Assembly (NCBI GenBank): GCA_012026655.1
Contig: JAAILG010002443.1
Location: 1-54,497 of the forward strand
Direction of reading: 5' to 3'
Origin: Hydrolagus affinis
Lineage: Eukaryota
DNA: 54,497 nt
Part shown: positions 23,801-37,252 of the stretch, in pieces
How the letters are laid out: each line of letters begins with the position of its first letter
How positions within the stretch are numbered: the stretch's first letter is position 1
Notes under the pieces: generated by a model
The model's database searches: none
The model's input: only the letters and a program-made list of their open reading frames with translations
What the model was told of the DNA's origin: nothing
Program-made: the position numbers and the translations under genes

Positions 23801-25828
23801 TTTTCCGGTAACTGAATAATATCAATTAGCTCAGAGTCAATTGATATCTGGAGCTAAATTCCCCTTTAGTCATTGACAACCATTCAGGAATTTGGTGAGT
23901 AATCACTGTAATTCAGACCTCAATCAATGGTAAAGCATGTGGTGTTATTGCGTGTGCAATATAATGACGCCAAAGGTTCTGCAGACGTACAAGTCTTTAC
24001 TGAAGCTGAACCTGCAGTTAACTAACCAAAGCAAAACAGGGAGAAAGCAAAGTCATTCAAAAACAACTGCCAGCCATGTTTGTGATTCTCTATTGAACAC
24101 AATATAAATCTTGGGAACCATCACAATTTAAAATGTGCATTTGTTACGCCATTGCTGGAACCAAATCCTGAAGTGAGCCGCTGCTTGTTAAACTAAATCT
24201 TGTGGTGGGGTGCAAACAGCACCTAGTTTGTCTTCACTTGGCTGTGCTCTTTGAAGCAATGCATGCATGAATCAAGCCATAACTGTACGATCAAACTAGT
24301 CTTAATTCAATGACGCACTGAGCAGATTTCCTGCTTTGTCTGTCCTAACCCACCATTGTCAACTCTTACTCTTGCACAAACATCTTCAATTGTTGAATTC
24401 TTTTTGCAAAGTTTAAATTTGCTAAGAAAAAACATGCTTTCATTGAGAGTGCCTCCTTCCATGGTTACGAGTCAATCCAAGAGCTGACACAGTGAAGTAT
24501 TGTATTGAAACCAGGCACTTTTAAAATGGAGACTATCATGTATCTGGTTAATAGAGACAAATATATTAGTCAGTATTGAGTCACTTCATTCTGACAATCT
24601 ATGCATTGCAAATATATTTAAATATATTTAAGCAGCTCTGAGAAGTGAAATTAACATGAATTAGGGAAAATCACCCCATGGAGAAAACTTGCTTGTTTTT
24701 ACTGGAATTACTCTTAATGGAGAATTCCTAAAAAAATTACTCCTGCAAAGAGTTTTCAGTGGTCAGTAATATACTGAGATAGAAGACAATCAGTAACTAT
24801 TACAATACAAGTAAATGACAAACATAAGAAAAACTAAGATGTTATAAACAGGATAGGATTTGCCTTGCTCCAGTTCTTCTTTGCAGAGCCACAAAAATCT
24901 CAGGGAAAAGTACTATACATACATAAGTTCAACTGAAAACAGGAAATGATAGTTTAGCATTTTTTACTGTGGTAAATATCTTAGCATGAATCCAACTGGA
25001 ATAAAGAATTCAGGTTGTTTTAATCTACTCAAGATCCCACATTCCAACATGCAACATGTTGAAACAAGTAATTTGATCACTACAAGGGACATAAAATTGA
25101 ACAGTTATGTAAGTACTGAACTGTTTCTTGGAATGTGAATTTTCATGAGTGCCAATGCTAACTCTCTTGATTAATCATAACACAGTGAGTCCTGTAACCA
25201 GCACTATAATGAGGCACAATGGCTGCTTCAATGTCTTTGCAATCTCTGCACGTGTGCACAAAAAGCCAGCATGCTTCATAACACTGTCAAGCTTTTGTGC
25301 GCCAGACAAATGGCCGATTTCCAGGTCACCAGGTCACTGCTGACAAGACATCCTGAGTGCTTTGCATGCTCAGCAGACAGGAAATGACATTGGTAGCGAT
25401 TTGGTAACCTAGAAGACAACCTTTTTCTAGTTTGCCTGATTTGTGGGTCATCAGGTTGGCACCAACAGAAATGGCATCGGCAGTGATGTTCGGGTTTACA
25501 TCACTACAAGTGAATCTGTGTTATAATGAGGTGTTTTGTAATGGAGTTCAACTGCATGCCTGTAAAACACTTTATTTGGGGAATTTTATTGTTGTCCGTT
25601 ATCTCCAATGTTATCCAACTGATTCTTAACTGGAGCTGTATGAACCCGTGTACATTATAGTCACAAAAATCTTCACATTGCTAAAGAAAAACAAGAACTC
25701 AATAGGAGAGGAAAAGAGTTTTTCAAAAATCCTAAATACAGAAAGCAGATTTATCAATTTCTCCTTGAAATCACAGCAAATATCAAGGGAAATTCCTAGG
25801 TTGTGATCACAATACCAGAAATGCTTAC

Positions 25829-25985
25829 ATGATTTTGTTTTTCTTTTAGGGCTGGTGATGGTAGTTGTGAATTCACTATGAGGGCCTGAGCCAGAGCCAT
25901 TCCGATCTCTCCAGTTTTCAGAATCACTGCCGCTGCCTAGACATTCCCGGCTGTTTGACCGCGATAACGACAAGGGTGATGATGA
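25829..25985 (-). CDS. BICC1: BICC1 coding exon (exon 18 equivalent)
   Basis: tgcag|TCA...TCA T|gtaagc; 157 nt; SSSPLSLSRSNSRECLGSGSDSENWRDRNGSGSGPHSEFTTTITSPKRKTKS. Confidence 0.95.
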
Positions 25986-27083
25986 CTGCAGAGAAGCATC
26001 AACATTAAATAGAATGTCTCTTTATTTTCACATGGCGAAGAATGAGCATCTAATTTGCTCTAAGCTCTTAAGTCCATGACCTTTATGAATCAACTACTGT
26101 TATTCAAGCATCTGCCTTAATCTTCAGCCCTATTCCACATCCCACCACCCCTCCACTCCAACCCCCACCCCCACACACAAAAACACAAAGGCATTTGCAA
26201 GTTTTATCTCCAATTCTGATCACAGTTCAGAAGTCAAATATGCTCATTAACCCTACCATAACCAGTTGCTGTCTATTTCTGTTTAACTCTAAACAAAAAA
26301 TCATTTTTCAAAATGAGCCACTCTTCAATCCACTGGGTTCAAACCTATTCAAAAGTCTCTTAAGTCCAGTGCAGAACACTGACCTCTGAAGTTGTCCTCG
26401 ATGATAAAATAATTTGAATTGATATTTAGAGAGACTGAAGGGGTGTTGGGTAAATTTGATCTTTTTACTGCTTTTGGATGCATTATGCATAAACCAACCC
26501 TCAAATGAATCATTATTACAAACAAATATTTCCATTAAAGCATATCAGTACACAGTGAATTGGAAGTGAATGTGTTTGCTATCCTCGAAAACAGCTTCAA
26601 GATAGAAATTTATAAAGGAATTTAGTAACAGCACATATAAAGAGAGTAATTGATAACATGTGTTTGGGTTACTGCCCAGAGCAGAGCATTCATCATTCTT
26701 TCCTGGATTTCGACATTGTTTAGATAGTGAAAACCTTATTGTATGGAACTACATAATAATATTTAGGATTCAGCACTTCTCCTTTTGAGTACTCGGTCAG
26801 ATATTATCGCCAAGTAAAACATCAAATTTGATACACATACAGCATTACTTTCAAAATAAAGGCATCGTTACTTTTGGCCTGTTGTCAAACAATTTATTTT
26901 GTGATACCTCGGTTTGGTCCTACTAAAAAGCAAATACATCTTGGTTTGTATTTAACATTAATATGTGACATTTATTTGCACTTGGGAGGCTGAATATTGA
27001 TCCCCAAACCATAAGTTACAGTCATTGGCTGTCAAACAAGACGCCATTTGGAAAGTTCTGAAAATGCAGGGTTTTTTTATTAC

Positions 27084-27238
27084 CTCGTATGTTGTTGGCA
27101 TAGTTGGTTTGTAGGACACATGGTTTGCACGTCTAAGCTCCTTGATTGTTTCTGCAGGCATCGATTTGGAGAAACCAAGACCACTCCATGTATTGGTTGG
27201 AGTCCTTACTTCAGTTACCACAGGCTTCTTCAACATAG
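27084..27238 (-). CDS. BICC1: BICC1 coding exon (exon 17 equivalent)
   Basis: tgaag|CT ATG...GAG|gtaata; 155 nt; MLKKPVVTEVRTPTNTWSGLGFSKSMPAETIKELRRANHVSYKPTMPTTYE. Confidence 0.96.
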
Positions 27239-27914
27239 CTTCACAGAGCACAAATTAAAGTTTAATATTACTAACAATTAGATTTTACAGCTTATTAATT
27301 TTTCAAAGTTTTCATTCTTAGTGACTGGAGGTATATACCAAACAAGTGTATTATTTTAAGAAATAGTTAGTTTACTTTCTTAAAGCAAACTGTTCATCTA
27401 CACAAAATACACAGTCACTACATTTTATAATCAATCCTGTGAAGTGCTTTGAGACTTACTCGGGATGTGAAAGGCACTCCATCAAATGAAAGGATAATTA
27501 TGAAATGCGGTTCCGGTGAACAGATTATGTATCCCAAGTCTCAGGAGAGTAATGTTTCCTTGCCCATTGATTCCACACTAAATATTGTCCAGTGATAACT
27601 TTTATGTGTTTGCTGTTGTGACCAATTTATTCACTTAATTATAATAAAAAATTAGAATTGTTTGAGAACAGTAAAAAATCCCAAATCACACCCGTGTAAC
27701 GCATTAAAAATACAATTCAATTTTAAACCTCCGCATTTTATTTTTTCTTCATTATTAGTGTGAAATTCTCCAGGTCACTTCTAACACCAAACTGGGGAAC
27801 CGATACCAAAAATTCAATTGTAGTCAAAACATCTTCCTCTCCAGTACTTCTGGCTGTGTATTAAGTAATGATACAGCTATCTAAATTTACATTGAGCCAT
27901 CATTTGTAATGATG

Positions 27915-28110
27915 CTTTCCCTATCTCCCTCAACCCCTTCGCCTCACTGCCTTGTTCCCCATCTTCAGGTCACGCCTGAAGGCCTTTCTCATTGACCGCG
28001 ATTATGGCCACCTTCCTCCTCCCCCTGGCTCGGCCTCGGGCTTCGTCATTGTTAAGTGCCGCCCGGCGTGGAGGGCGCGATATAAATGCAAGTTGTTGTT
28101 GTTATTGTTG
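27915..28110 (+). mobile_element. L2 3' terminal fragment
   Basis: atcttcaggtcacgcctgaagg...ggagggcgcgatataaatgcaagttgttgttg. Confidence 0.85.
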
Positions 28111-28207
28111 CTTTAAAACATTCCATTATTCCTACAGAAACTCATCCTTCATCTCAACATTTACAGCTCTTTCTATCACTTCACAATATGTGCCTCCAAA
28201 ATGTTTA

Positions 28208-28582
28208 GTAACAACAACTTGCATTTATATCCACGCCAGACAGCATCTCAGAGCACTTCATAATAACAGAACCTGGGGCCAAGCCAGGGGGAGGGGGAAG
28301 GTGATTGTAGGTCGAACAGAAAGATCTTCAGGCGCGACCTGAAGATGGAAACGGAGGTGGTGAGGTGAAGGGATTGAGGGAGGGAGTCCCAGAGTTTTAG
28401 GCCATAGTGGCTGAAAGCACGGCTGCCGATGGTGGAGCGGAAGATTTGGGGGACAAGGAGGAGGCCAGATCGGGGAGAGCGGAGGCAGCGGTACTGCTGT
28501 GAGGAAAGAGGAGGTTAGAGAGGGGGGTACAGAGGAGTGGAGGGATTTGAATACAAGAGTGAGGATCTTGAAGTCGATCCAT
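28208..28582 (-). mobile_element. L2 3' fragment
   Basis: WIDFKILTLVFKSLHS translation; same 3' tail in reverse orientation. Confidence 0.88.
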
Positions 28583-28964
28583 ACCACATTAAACACTGCA
28601 TTCAGGCATATATTTAACATAACTAATTCACTTTAATAGCCTTGGCATATGACTCAAGATGACAGGAATGTTTTTGGCCCTTTACCATCCAACTGAATTA
28701 AGTGTTGGCCACTACTACAGATTAACAATTAATAATTTTAGATGCCAATTAAAGTTCAGTACATTCTGTACCAAGTTTTAAAATGCATTGCTTGAAGTCA
28801 ATGTTTTATATTTACACGTAAAGGCAATTTACCATTGATAGATGGTATATTTGAGCCACACTCAGCGGCCTTGACAAAACACACAGCAACTACTGCTGGA
28901 AGAATCATTCTCTTCAGCTGTTAACAAATAGGAATAGGTCAGAGATCACTGTAGCAGCACATAC

Positions 28965-29004
28965 CTTTGGTTGCTAACAGCTTCTTCTGTTCATAGTCAA
29001 AAGC
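28965..29004 (-). CDS. BICC1: BICC1 coding exon (exon 16 equivalent)
   Basis: cttag|GCT...AAA G|gtatgt; 40 nt; AFDYEQKKLLATK(A). Confidence 0.95.
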
Positions 29005-29737
29005 CTAAGAATAAAAAGGAGACACAATGCTTTAAAAACAGTACACAACAAAACACCATTGAACACAAAATGTCTCAGAAAAAAACATCTCAACTACAGT
29101 CCATAGTTTTGCCAACAGTGCAAACTACACACAGCAAAATGAGGTGACACTTTTCAAATAGTGACTGATAATATTAAAATTGTCATTGAATGCTGGCTAA
29201 TTAGAGATACAAAGCACAAATTGAGTTACTTTGGAAGTCATTCATATCACCCGAAACAATGCCAGCTTGGTAACCGCACTGAGCAGCAGACATATTATGG
29301 AAGCTTAACACTTGTCTTTAAGTACAAGCAATTTGCTTATATTCATGACAGTCTTTCCCAGATTAACGGAGGTGTGCTTTGCCAACTTGATATCATCAGC
29401 AACGCAGTCGGCAACATTAAGATTCCAACACTTAACAAACTGTCTGGTAAAATAAAAACCCAGCTTAGTCTTAAAAAGTTTTCACTGAAGACAATTGCAG
29501 TCAATACTGGCTACCGAACCTTATCTTTACAAAAACATGCAGTCATTTCAATCTGTTTACACCAAGGAATTGTCATATTAGTACTCTGGCACAATATTCT
29601 TATGGATATTCATACCGATTGTTATGGATAATACATCTACTATATTATTTCACAGATGAATAAATATAAATTAATATCATATTGTAGAACGTTCTCATTT
29701 TTTCCAACCTCAAAGTTCATTCAATGGTCTTGACTAC

Positions 29738-29897
29738 CTGGATGTTTGCATATGTTGACTGTGGAGTAAGTCGTAGTCGCTCAGAATTCTGTTGTGCTGC
29801 TCTCTCTGCTGCTCGCTCACTGCCGGGAGCCCTCTTGTCCGTGGCTGTGCCCTCTGTGGGATTGGATTCAGAATCTGAAAGTAGGCAATCTGGGGTG
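29738..29897 (-). CDS. BICC1: BICC1 coding exon (exon 15 equivalent)
   Basis: tgcag|C ACC...CAG|gtagtc; 160 nt; TPDCLLSDSESNPTEGTATDKRAPGSERAAERAAQQNSERLRLTPQSTYANIQ. Confidence 0.95.
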
Positions 29898-30888
29898 CTG
29901 CAAAGAAACGCACATCCTGATTTTAGCGTGCAAAAATAGATTTTCCATTTCGTTTTGCTTTTTGCATTGAAGAACGGACAATTCCAATAAAAATGACCGC
30001 GTTTTATGTATTTCACTTCTCTGTAATAAAATCCGCAGGAATGTTTGACAAAGGTTGGTTGCATGAGAAGGGGAGAGTGAACAATGTTATCCAGCTTCAT
30101 CACTGTAGTCCCAACACAGTGAGATAATTTATTTATAGCCCCAAATCGTTAATATTTTCAAAACTCAATTGTTTTCCCCAACACTGAATGTTGGTATGCA
30201 GTCGTGTCATGATGATTATGAGCAAGATTGAACTGAGAACAATCAACAACAAGAATTTATCAACAACAGCTGTTAAACATCCTCTGAAACATTCTCTGGA
30301 TTTTACCGCCCCGCCAATGTCTGCAGTGTGTGAAACTCCGTATTCAAAATTCTTTCAATTCTATTAAAAACGTGTTACATTTGGAAGTAGAAAATAAGAT
30401 CATGCATTATGCAATTGATGTTAATATCATTCCAGGCTAACAACCCCTTGCCATTCAAGTTGATTTGGCAGTCTGCACAATATTGGTCACAAAATATATC
30501 AATCCCTGGATCATACTGAAATTTACATGCTAAATGAACGTGAAAAAAAAACAGTACTTATTTGTTTGAAATTTGTGATTGTGAGATGATTTGTTCTGGA
30601 ATTCAGCTCTCACTACCACTGTGTAGAGGGGGTTACACCAAGTGCTCAATAATGGCACTTCAAAGGTTCCTGACTGCCCAGGAAAGCTAAAGGAAAAACA
30701 TATACACTAGTAGAGAAATGCTGTATTCAGCTCCTTAAAATAGCATTCAAAATTTAGCTCTTTTCAGGAATATTTAAAAGGAGTTCTGCATTCATACTTC
30801 ATAGCATAGGACTTTCCATCAATCTCAGTAATAGCAAGCCTCTTCTTACTCATTCTACAAGGTCTGTGACTAGGTGCAAGGTACTTAC

Positions 30889-31045
30889 TGTAGGTGGGTA
30901 TTCTTTGTGCCCTGTAGTAATTCTAACGTCTGTCGCTTGGCAACAGATGAGGATGAATTACTAAGCATTTGCTTCAGTTCATTACTATTGGCTGAGTGCG
31001 AAGGGCTCCTGGGCATACCCACTTCCACAAAAGCATCGTTGGAAC
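30889..31045 (-). CDS. BICC1: BICC1 coding exon (exon 14 equivalent)
   Basis: tctag|GT TCC...CTA CA|gtaagt; 157 nt; (G)SNDAFVEVGMPRSPSHSANSNELKQML...KRQTLELLQGTKNTHL(H). Confidence 0.96.
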
Positions 31046-31624
31046 CTAGAAAAACATTGTTAGAAATGTTAAGGTCAACACGTAAATCATGTTAGCGCCT
31101 GCACCACAGTCACTGAATTAAAAAAGTTCAGATAAGTGCTTAGAAGCATCCTTCTGGCTTGGAGGTGAGAGTACATATGACCGAGCCATCTGACACAAAA
31201 TACACAGGCACTGCGCTTTACAGTATGTCCTGTGAAAAGCTTTGAGACGTCTCAACAACATGATAAGGTGCTACATCAAATGCAAAGCTCATTATTATAA
31301 GTTTGTTGGACGATGTCATATCTATATTAACCAAAAATTGCACAGTTGTAGTTGTTAATTTAAATTAAGGATCAAGTAATGAGCTTCTACATAGTTTTGT
31401 TAATTATCATGCTGAGATCAACTCCTTTCTCCTTAACTCCTTACTATAACAATGGTTGGATTATAATTTTTCATTTATCATCTATGATACTGGACAAAAT
31501 GACTAACCATATTAAGCCACAACATAATTTCAGCTTCTAAAGGAATGGATTAAATTAGGTTTTAGTAAAATCTTGTTGGATCTTCCAATTACCTATTTGG
31601 CTCTGATTTTGTTTTGTTTTTTAC

Positions 31625-31766
31625 CTTCAACTGAGCTGGATTTGTTGTTCAGCTGCTCCTGTGAGCTGATAGCAGCATTGTCTCGGGGGTCATCGGAGTG
31701 GTTAGGACTCAACACAGTATCTGCGAGAGATGGAGTCGATATTCTAGTATAAACAGCGCTTGAGGG
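31625..31766 (-). CDS. BICC1: BICC1 coding exon (exon 13 equivalent)
   Basis: tacag|CCC...GAA G|gtaaaa; 142 nt; PSSAVYTRISTPSLADTVLSPNHSDDPRDNAAISSQEQLNNKSSSVE(G); phases match both neighbours. Confidence 0.9.
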
Positions 31767-32793
31767 CTGTAGAAACAAAATACATTTCAATGTTTCAGCC
31801 ACAAGCACCAGACACCAACACTGCAGTTTTGAATGTTAGTAGTTCATACACATAATAATGCCCCCTTATAGTAGGAAAATCTAATCAACTGCAATGAAGA
31901 GACATACTTTCTAACCTGTGCCAAGGATAACCAATTGACAGTGCTTAATTAAGCAAAGTGTATTTTTTTCTGCAATGTATTCCTTCTTGCAGTTAGCCTG
32001 GAAAATCTTGTGTTTCACCAGGATTCATGAGATAACAGATTCACCAGCAAGTTATATTTAATCCATTGTGAGGAAATCTATTGCTGATATCGTCTAAATA
32101 ATGGTTTCCCTACATTCAAGATGATGGAATTTTCCCTTCAGAATTTTGATGCTGGCTCAGACCATTTCAGTTTTCCATTTCACTAAATTACTGAACATAT
32201 TATAATAAATTATTAACTCTTTATGATTATTAACTTTACATTTTGGCATCAAAGTCAAAATTAGAATTAAACATTTATGTTAAGTTTCAGAAACCGAATA
32301 AGCTATCTTCTTTGGATATATCTTATTCAAGATATTCTTTGGATATATTTCATTTGGGTGAAATAACACAGGGCTGATAATGTCTATAAAAATATGTCCA
32401 CTGATTTCAGCAGAGCAAACTATAGTAGCCTTAAAGGAAAGTAATTAGTACACATATTATCTGAAAGAAAAGATAAATAGTCAGCTTAAAACTTATTTAA
32501 ATACCAGGCAAGAAATGTCCTTTCGTGTTAAAACATTCCATCAAAAAAATCCCCAAAACGATAAACAAAAAAAAGTTAATCTCACAGTAATTTTCAAAGC
32601 CAAAATATTTTTATTAATCCCTAATGTGAGATATATAAAGGTTTTCTTATGTTGAATAATTCCCAAAGAGATGTACATTGCCTGTTTTCCTGTGGAATGT
32701 AGCTGTTATTTTAAATCATCCAGCGTGACCCAAATTGTGGCATTCGGCCCATTCCTATCATGAAACTGCTAGCTCAGCATACACTCCTTTTAC

Positions 32794-32993
32794 CTTGACG
32801 TGGCCATTGAGGCAGGATGTCGGAATCTTGTTGCTCTCTGGTGTTAAAGTGCTGATCTGAATATCCATCGGTGCCAGGCCAGGGGGCGGAGATGGGGTGT
32901 TCTGGCCATAACCATGCAAACTTGACAGTAAGATGTTAGTTAAGGTGGCCTGTGTTGTAGGCGGGATCATAAGGGGTGATACTGTGGAGAAAC
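32794..32993 (-). CDS. BICC1: BICC1 coding exon (exon 12 equivalent)
   Basis: tgcag|GT TTC...AAG|gtaaaa; 200 nt; (G)FSTVSPLMIPPTTQATLTNILLS...PSPPPGLAPMD...LNGHVK. Confidence 0.94.
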
Positions 32994-34163
32994 CTGCAAA
33001 ATTAACAAGTTATTTACAATTTAATTTGATACCTTTTTAAAAAAAATAAGTTTTTCTGTTCTCTTTGGCAACTGCGTAAGTCACTAGCAATGAACTTGTA
33101 TATTTTAAAAGATCCATTAAAATAAAGATAATAACATTACAAAAAAACACAAATGCAACGCTGAGGTGGCATCGATAAATAATATTTTATGTTATCCAGA
33201 TTTGTAAAATGATAGCTTTCTGTGTCTGTGACACTCTTCACAGCTTGTACCTGACACATAGTTTTAAAAAAATCTAATCCTTCCCGGGGACTGATGTGCA
33301 TCATCCATGAGGAAATGAATTAAAATTTCAGCCAGCTAAAAAAGAATAACAATTTTGTGACTTGTGTATGAAGCACTGAACATCTGCACCCACCAACGGA
33401 AATGAAACAGTCGTTTCCCCTCTCTGCAACATCTAGAAAGGTTAATTTAAATCAAATTCCTATTGCACAGCTGCTGGACTCTTGCTTTGAATACAATAGA
33501 AATTTCTGAGTACTTTTTTTTGCAGAAAAATTCTGCAACGTTTATTTCTGACATGAAGCTGTAGTATTTATATTTGTGCACAATATCCCAGTCTCAGCCA
33601 GGAGACAGTTACTGTGAAAATTCAGGTTTTCATAACCTTGGTGTGCACCAATACAGTGTGTGTGTAGATGGTAAAGAATTTCAATCAGATTGCAAATGCA
33701 GTTTTGTCTTCATGCCCAATGCATGGGAGTGTAACATATTCTTCCTTTGGACATAGATATAACATATTCATACCCATATTTTTTTAATTAAAATAAGGAT
33801 CAGTGGGTTTGGCTTGATTTATTTTAAACGCTTGTGCTTTAGATGAGTTAACTCTTTCGATTAATTGGATTTGGGATTAATCTTTGAAATATCCTGAAAG
33901 ATTGAGGTTTAGCAAATAACAGATTTTTTTTTAAAAATCGGCAAGAAGAGTTTAAACGGTTATTTAGCACAAATAATGTGAATTTGCTTTCAAATGCACT
34001 GTTGTTAAAATGCGGATTTTGTGAACAGAGAAGTGACAAATTATGACATTTGGAAATCTTCCATTTGGAAATGAAGACTGTACAGCTTGAAGGATTGGAA
34101 CAATACAATGAGCTACTGAGATAAACCTTATTGTAGACATGTTGCTGTATAGGATCTTCCTAC

Positions 34164-34353
34164 CTAGTCCAGTCAGGCCAAGTCCAGCTGAAGCCAGGAT
34201 ATCAAGTCCATGACACGACAGTCCGATAGGGCAGGTAACTGCAGACGGTGTATTTGTTGTGAGGGTAACACCGCTAGTTTCCAAGCCAAGCAGACACTTT
34301 CTTGCTTCATACATATTTAATGCATTTCTTTCCACACTTTTCACAATCACTGA
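34164..34353 (-). CDS. BICC1: BICC1 coding exon (exon 10 equivalent)
   Basis: gtcag|TCA...CTA G|gtagga; 190 nt; SVIVKSVERNALNMYEARKCLLGLE...LDILASAGLGLTGL(G). Confidence 0.96.
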
Positions 34354-36520
34354 CTGACAAAAAAGAGAAACATTTTTGAGGTCTTAGAATCATAGGATTA
34401 CAGCACAAAAGAAGGTCCTTCCACTCAAGCCTATGCTGTGGCTTGCTCCCATTACCACCTGGTCTTATCCTTTGGCTCCTCGTACAGTATTAATTTTCCT
34501 CATGTATTTGTCTGAATTTCTTTAAATTTAACTGAAGGTTTCTAACATTGTAATATGGTTGATTTTTGACATAGATGTACAAGGCACACTAAGCAGGAGC
34601 ATGTTTTTCTTTATATGCAATTAGTTTTCACTGCAACAAAGCATTAGGTTATAAATTTACTTGTGCTAATCTTCAAGTGGCTTCTCCCAATCTCAGCCAG
34701 CCCAAGGAAGGAAGTAAAATGGATCCAATGAATCCGCAATAATTAAGCATTTCAAAATTGTTTGGAAGACATTTTTCAATTGATTAGACTATTGGGAGTA
34801 ATTGATATCTATAAATAATATTTTACTTTTGAGGCAGAAATGTGACTGTTTTACAAACAAACTGAAATGGTCAGACAAGCTTTGCTTTATAGCAAATTGA
34901 ATAACAAAACTTTCAAGTGAACTGTCAGACTATCTAATTGGCGGAATCAACCATTGGGTACAGGTTTTCAATCAAACACAATCGTACATATGTAACACAT
35001 AACTCTATTTAATCGTGTAACAGTTTGAAAATGCAAGCATAATGTCAGACTTGAAGATCTTCAATTTATTGCAACATAGATTTTCTAACTTTGCAACCTG
35101 ATTAGAAAAGTAATTCTACCAGCTACGTTCAATATTCTGATAAAGTGACCTAACAATAGATAACAAAATATATATTGTCTCTACACACACTGAGATGAAT
35201 GGTTTGCATCTGAAAGAAGCTTGTGGTAAGTGAATCAAGTACAGTACACAGATTAGGATCATTTAGTTGATATTACTACACAGCCATTTAGATATAAATC
35301 TCTGCTGCTCGTGGTTTAAATTATAAATCAAAGATATACATTTGGTAAGCAGTAAAATTCACTTCTATATCAATTTAAAACTGAACCACAGTGTTGCAAA
35401 CTACAAATTTGCTTATCCATTAATTGCAAAATTAATTATGTCAGAAGGAAAATAGCTGTTTTATATTCTAAATCTCAGCCAATTACATTTCCTAATATCT
35501 ACAGTAATACAAGTGTTTTGAGTGCTTGGGATATTCCACTCAGCAGTGTTCCCAATTCTACTGTCAGTAGAATATAGAAAATGGTACAATGGAAACCAAT
35601 ACTATTACAAAGCCATTTTGTTATATTCATCTCAAACTCATCCAACGTTGTAAAGAAATCTAACAAACTTAAAGACTATTTTAAAAAAAATACAAATTAT
35701 TTAACAAATTGTGGGTCTTCCCTTGAGGCAGCATATGTTGTCACTTCCAGTAGTAAAATGTTTACGTACAAAATGCCTAATTTATTCTCCTCTAAGCTTC
35801 TACATTTGTGGATTTAGGCTGGTGGGAATTTTTATTGGTTCAAAACACTATAATAACGTGAATCATTAATTAATGTGTAATTAATAATAATCATCCTTGT
35901 ATTTGGTAAATATGGCTCTTACATATCCTACCAATGATTTATTGGCTAAATATTGATCATCTTGATTGCTAAACAAATGTAATTTTGTTGTTGTTGTTGT
36001 TGATTTAGCTGCACTGCACCAAACTTTATTAAATCACAGGTGATGCTGTTGAACGGTTCAAAACCCCAAACAGTGATAGGAATGGCAAGAATGAAATGCG
36101 GCTGCCTATTATTTGATTGAAATCAGGAAATCATAGTCACTCTCAAAAACAACAACAAAATTACATTTATAGAGTGCCTGTCACATCGGGAGGACGTCCC
36201 AAGACACTGGGAAGAATAGTTCGGGCACTAATAAATGTCAGGAATATTGCAAAGGTGTCTATGTACAGCTGCTCTATCACACCATCACACCAGAAATCTT
36301 TAAACCTGATTTGCACATATATGAAACTCTTGACGTCTCGACCATGTCTCAATTTATTTTGCATACATCCCGCTGTGTTTTAATTAATTACATTTTTAAG
36401 AACATGCAATCCATTCAAAATGTTTTGCTTGTTCAATTAAATCTTCACTGTCCCCTGAGAACACAAAGAGTTAACAAACATTGACTCAAGTACAGCAGCA
36501 GATTCATCTGTATTCCATAC

Positions 36521-36652
36521 CTTACTGGGTTGTTTCGGCTTTGGCTTAATGCTAATGAAGACATCTGACTGCTCCATCAATTGGGTAATTTGATGTGGTT
36601 CCACTTCGATGTCTTCCTTCATATCAAACATCAACACAAGAGGGAGGCAACC
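36521..36652 (-). CDS. BICC1: BICC1 coding exon (exon 9 equivalent), KH-like domain
   Basis: ttcag|GGT...AAG|gtatgg; 132 nt; GCLPLVLMFDMKEDIEVEPHQITQLMEQSDVFISIKPKPKQPSK. Confidence 0.97.
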
Positions 36653-37252
36653 CTGAAATACAGCATCCCTAGATCACTGTGAACATTCCAAGCTTTTGAC
36701 TACAACAACAATTTTTGCCATTATAATTATGGAAGAAATAAAACTAATCTTGGTGTAGATTTTAACTTTATTTCCATATTACTGGGGACTAGATTTGTCA
36801 AAAGCCTGAAAAAAAAATTACTTTTCCACCGATCCTTAAAAACACCAAAATAGTAAACAATACAAATAAACAAACGCACCTTAAGATTTATGATATTACC
36901 ATAAAATATAACAATTGACATAATTTTTTTTAAAATAAGGTCATGCTTTATGCAAAATGCACCTGTTTATATTTATATTCATATTTAATTGTTATATTTT
37001 AATTGAAAATGCATGTAAACATTATTCCTGAACGCACCTCAGTCAATCGTTTCCCATCATCTTTTCTAACAATTAATTTGGGACAACAATAATTGAACTG
37101 AATACTTCAATAGTCAACTGACCAAGTCATTACTGTAGGCTCAAATTAATCAAGTCATTCGCTCACCATTAAAAAAAAATCCTTATAGGTTTAGTTAAGA
37201 AATCTTCTCTAATTTACAGACTTACCAAAAATTATAAAATGTTCATGCTTAC

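Noticed and set aside
29161-29631. 156-aa plus-strand ORF in a BICC1 intron
   Set aside because: It has a GTG start, is antisense and intronic, and shows no recognisable motif; probably chance.
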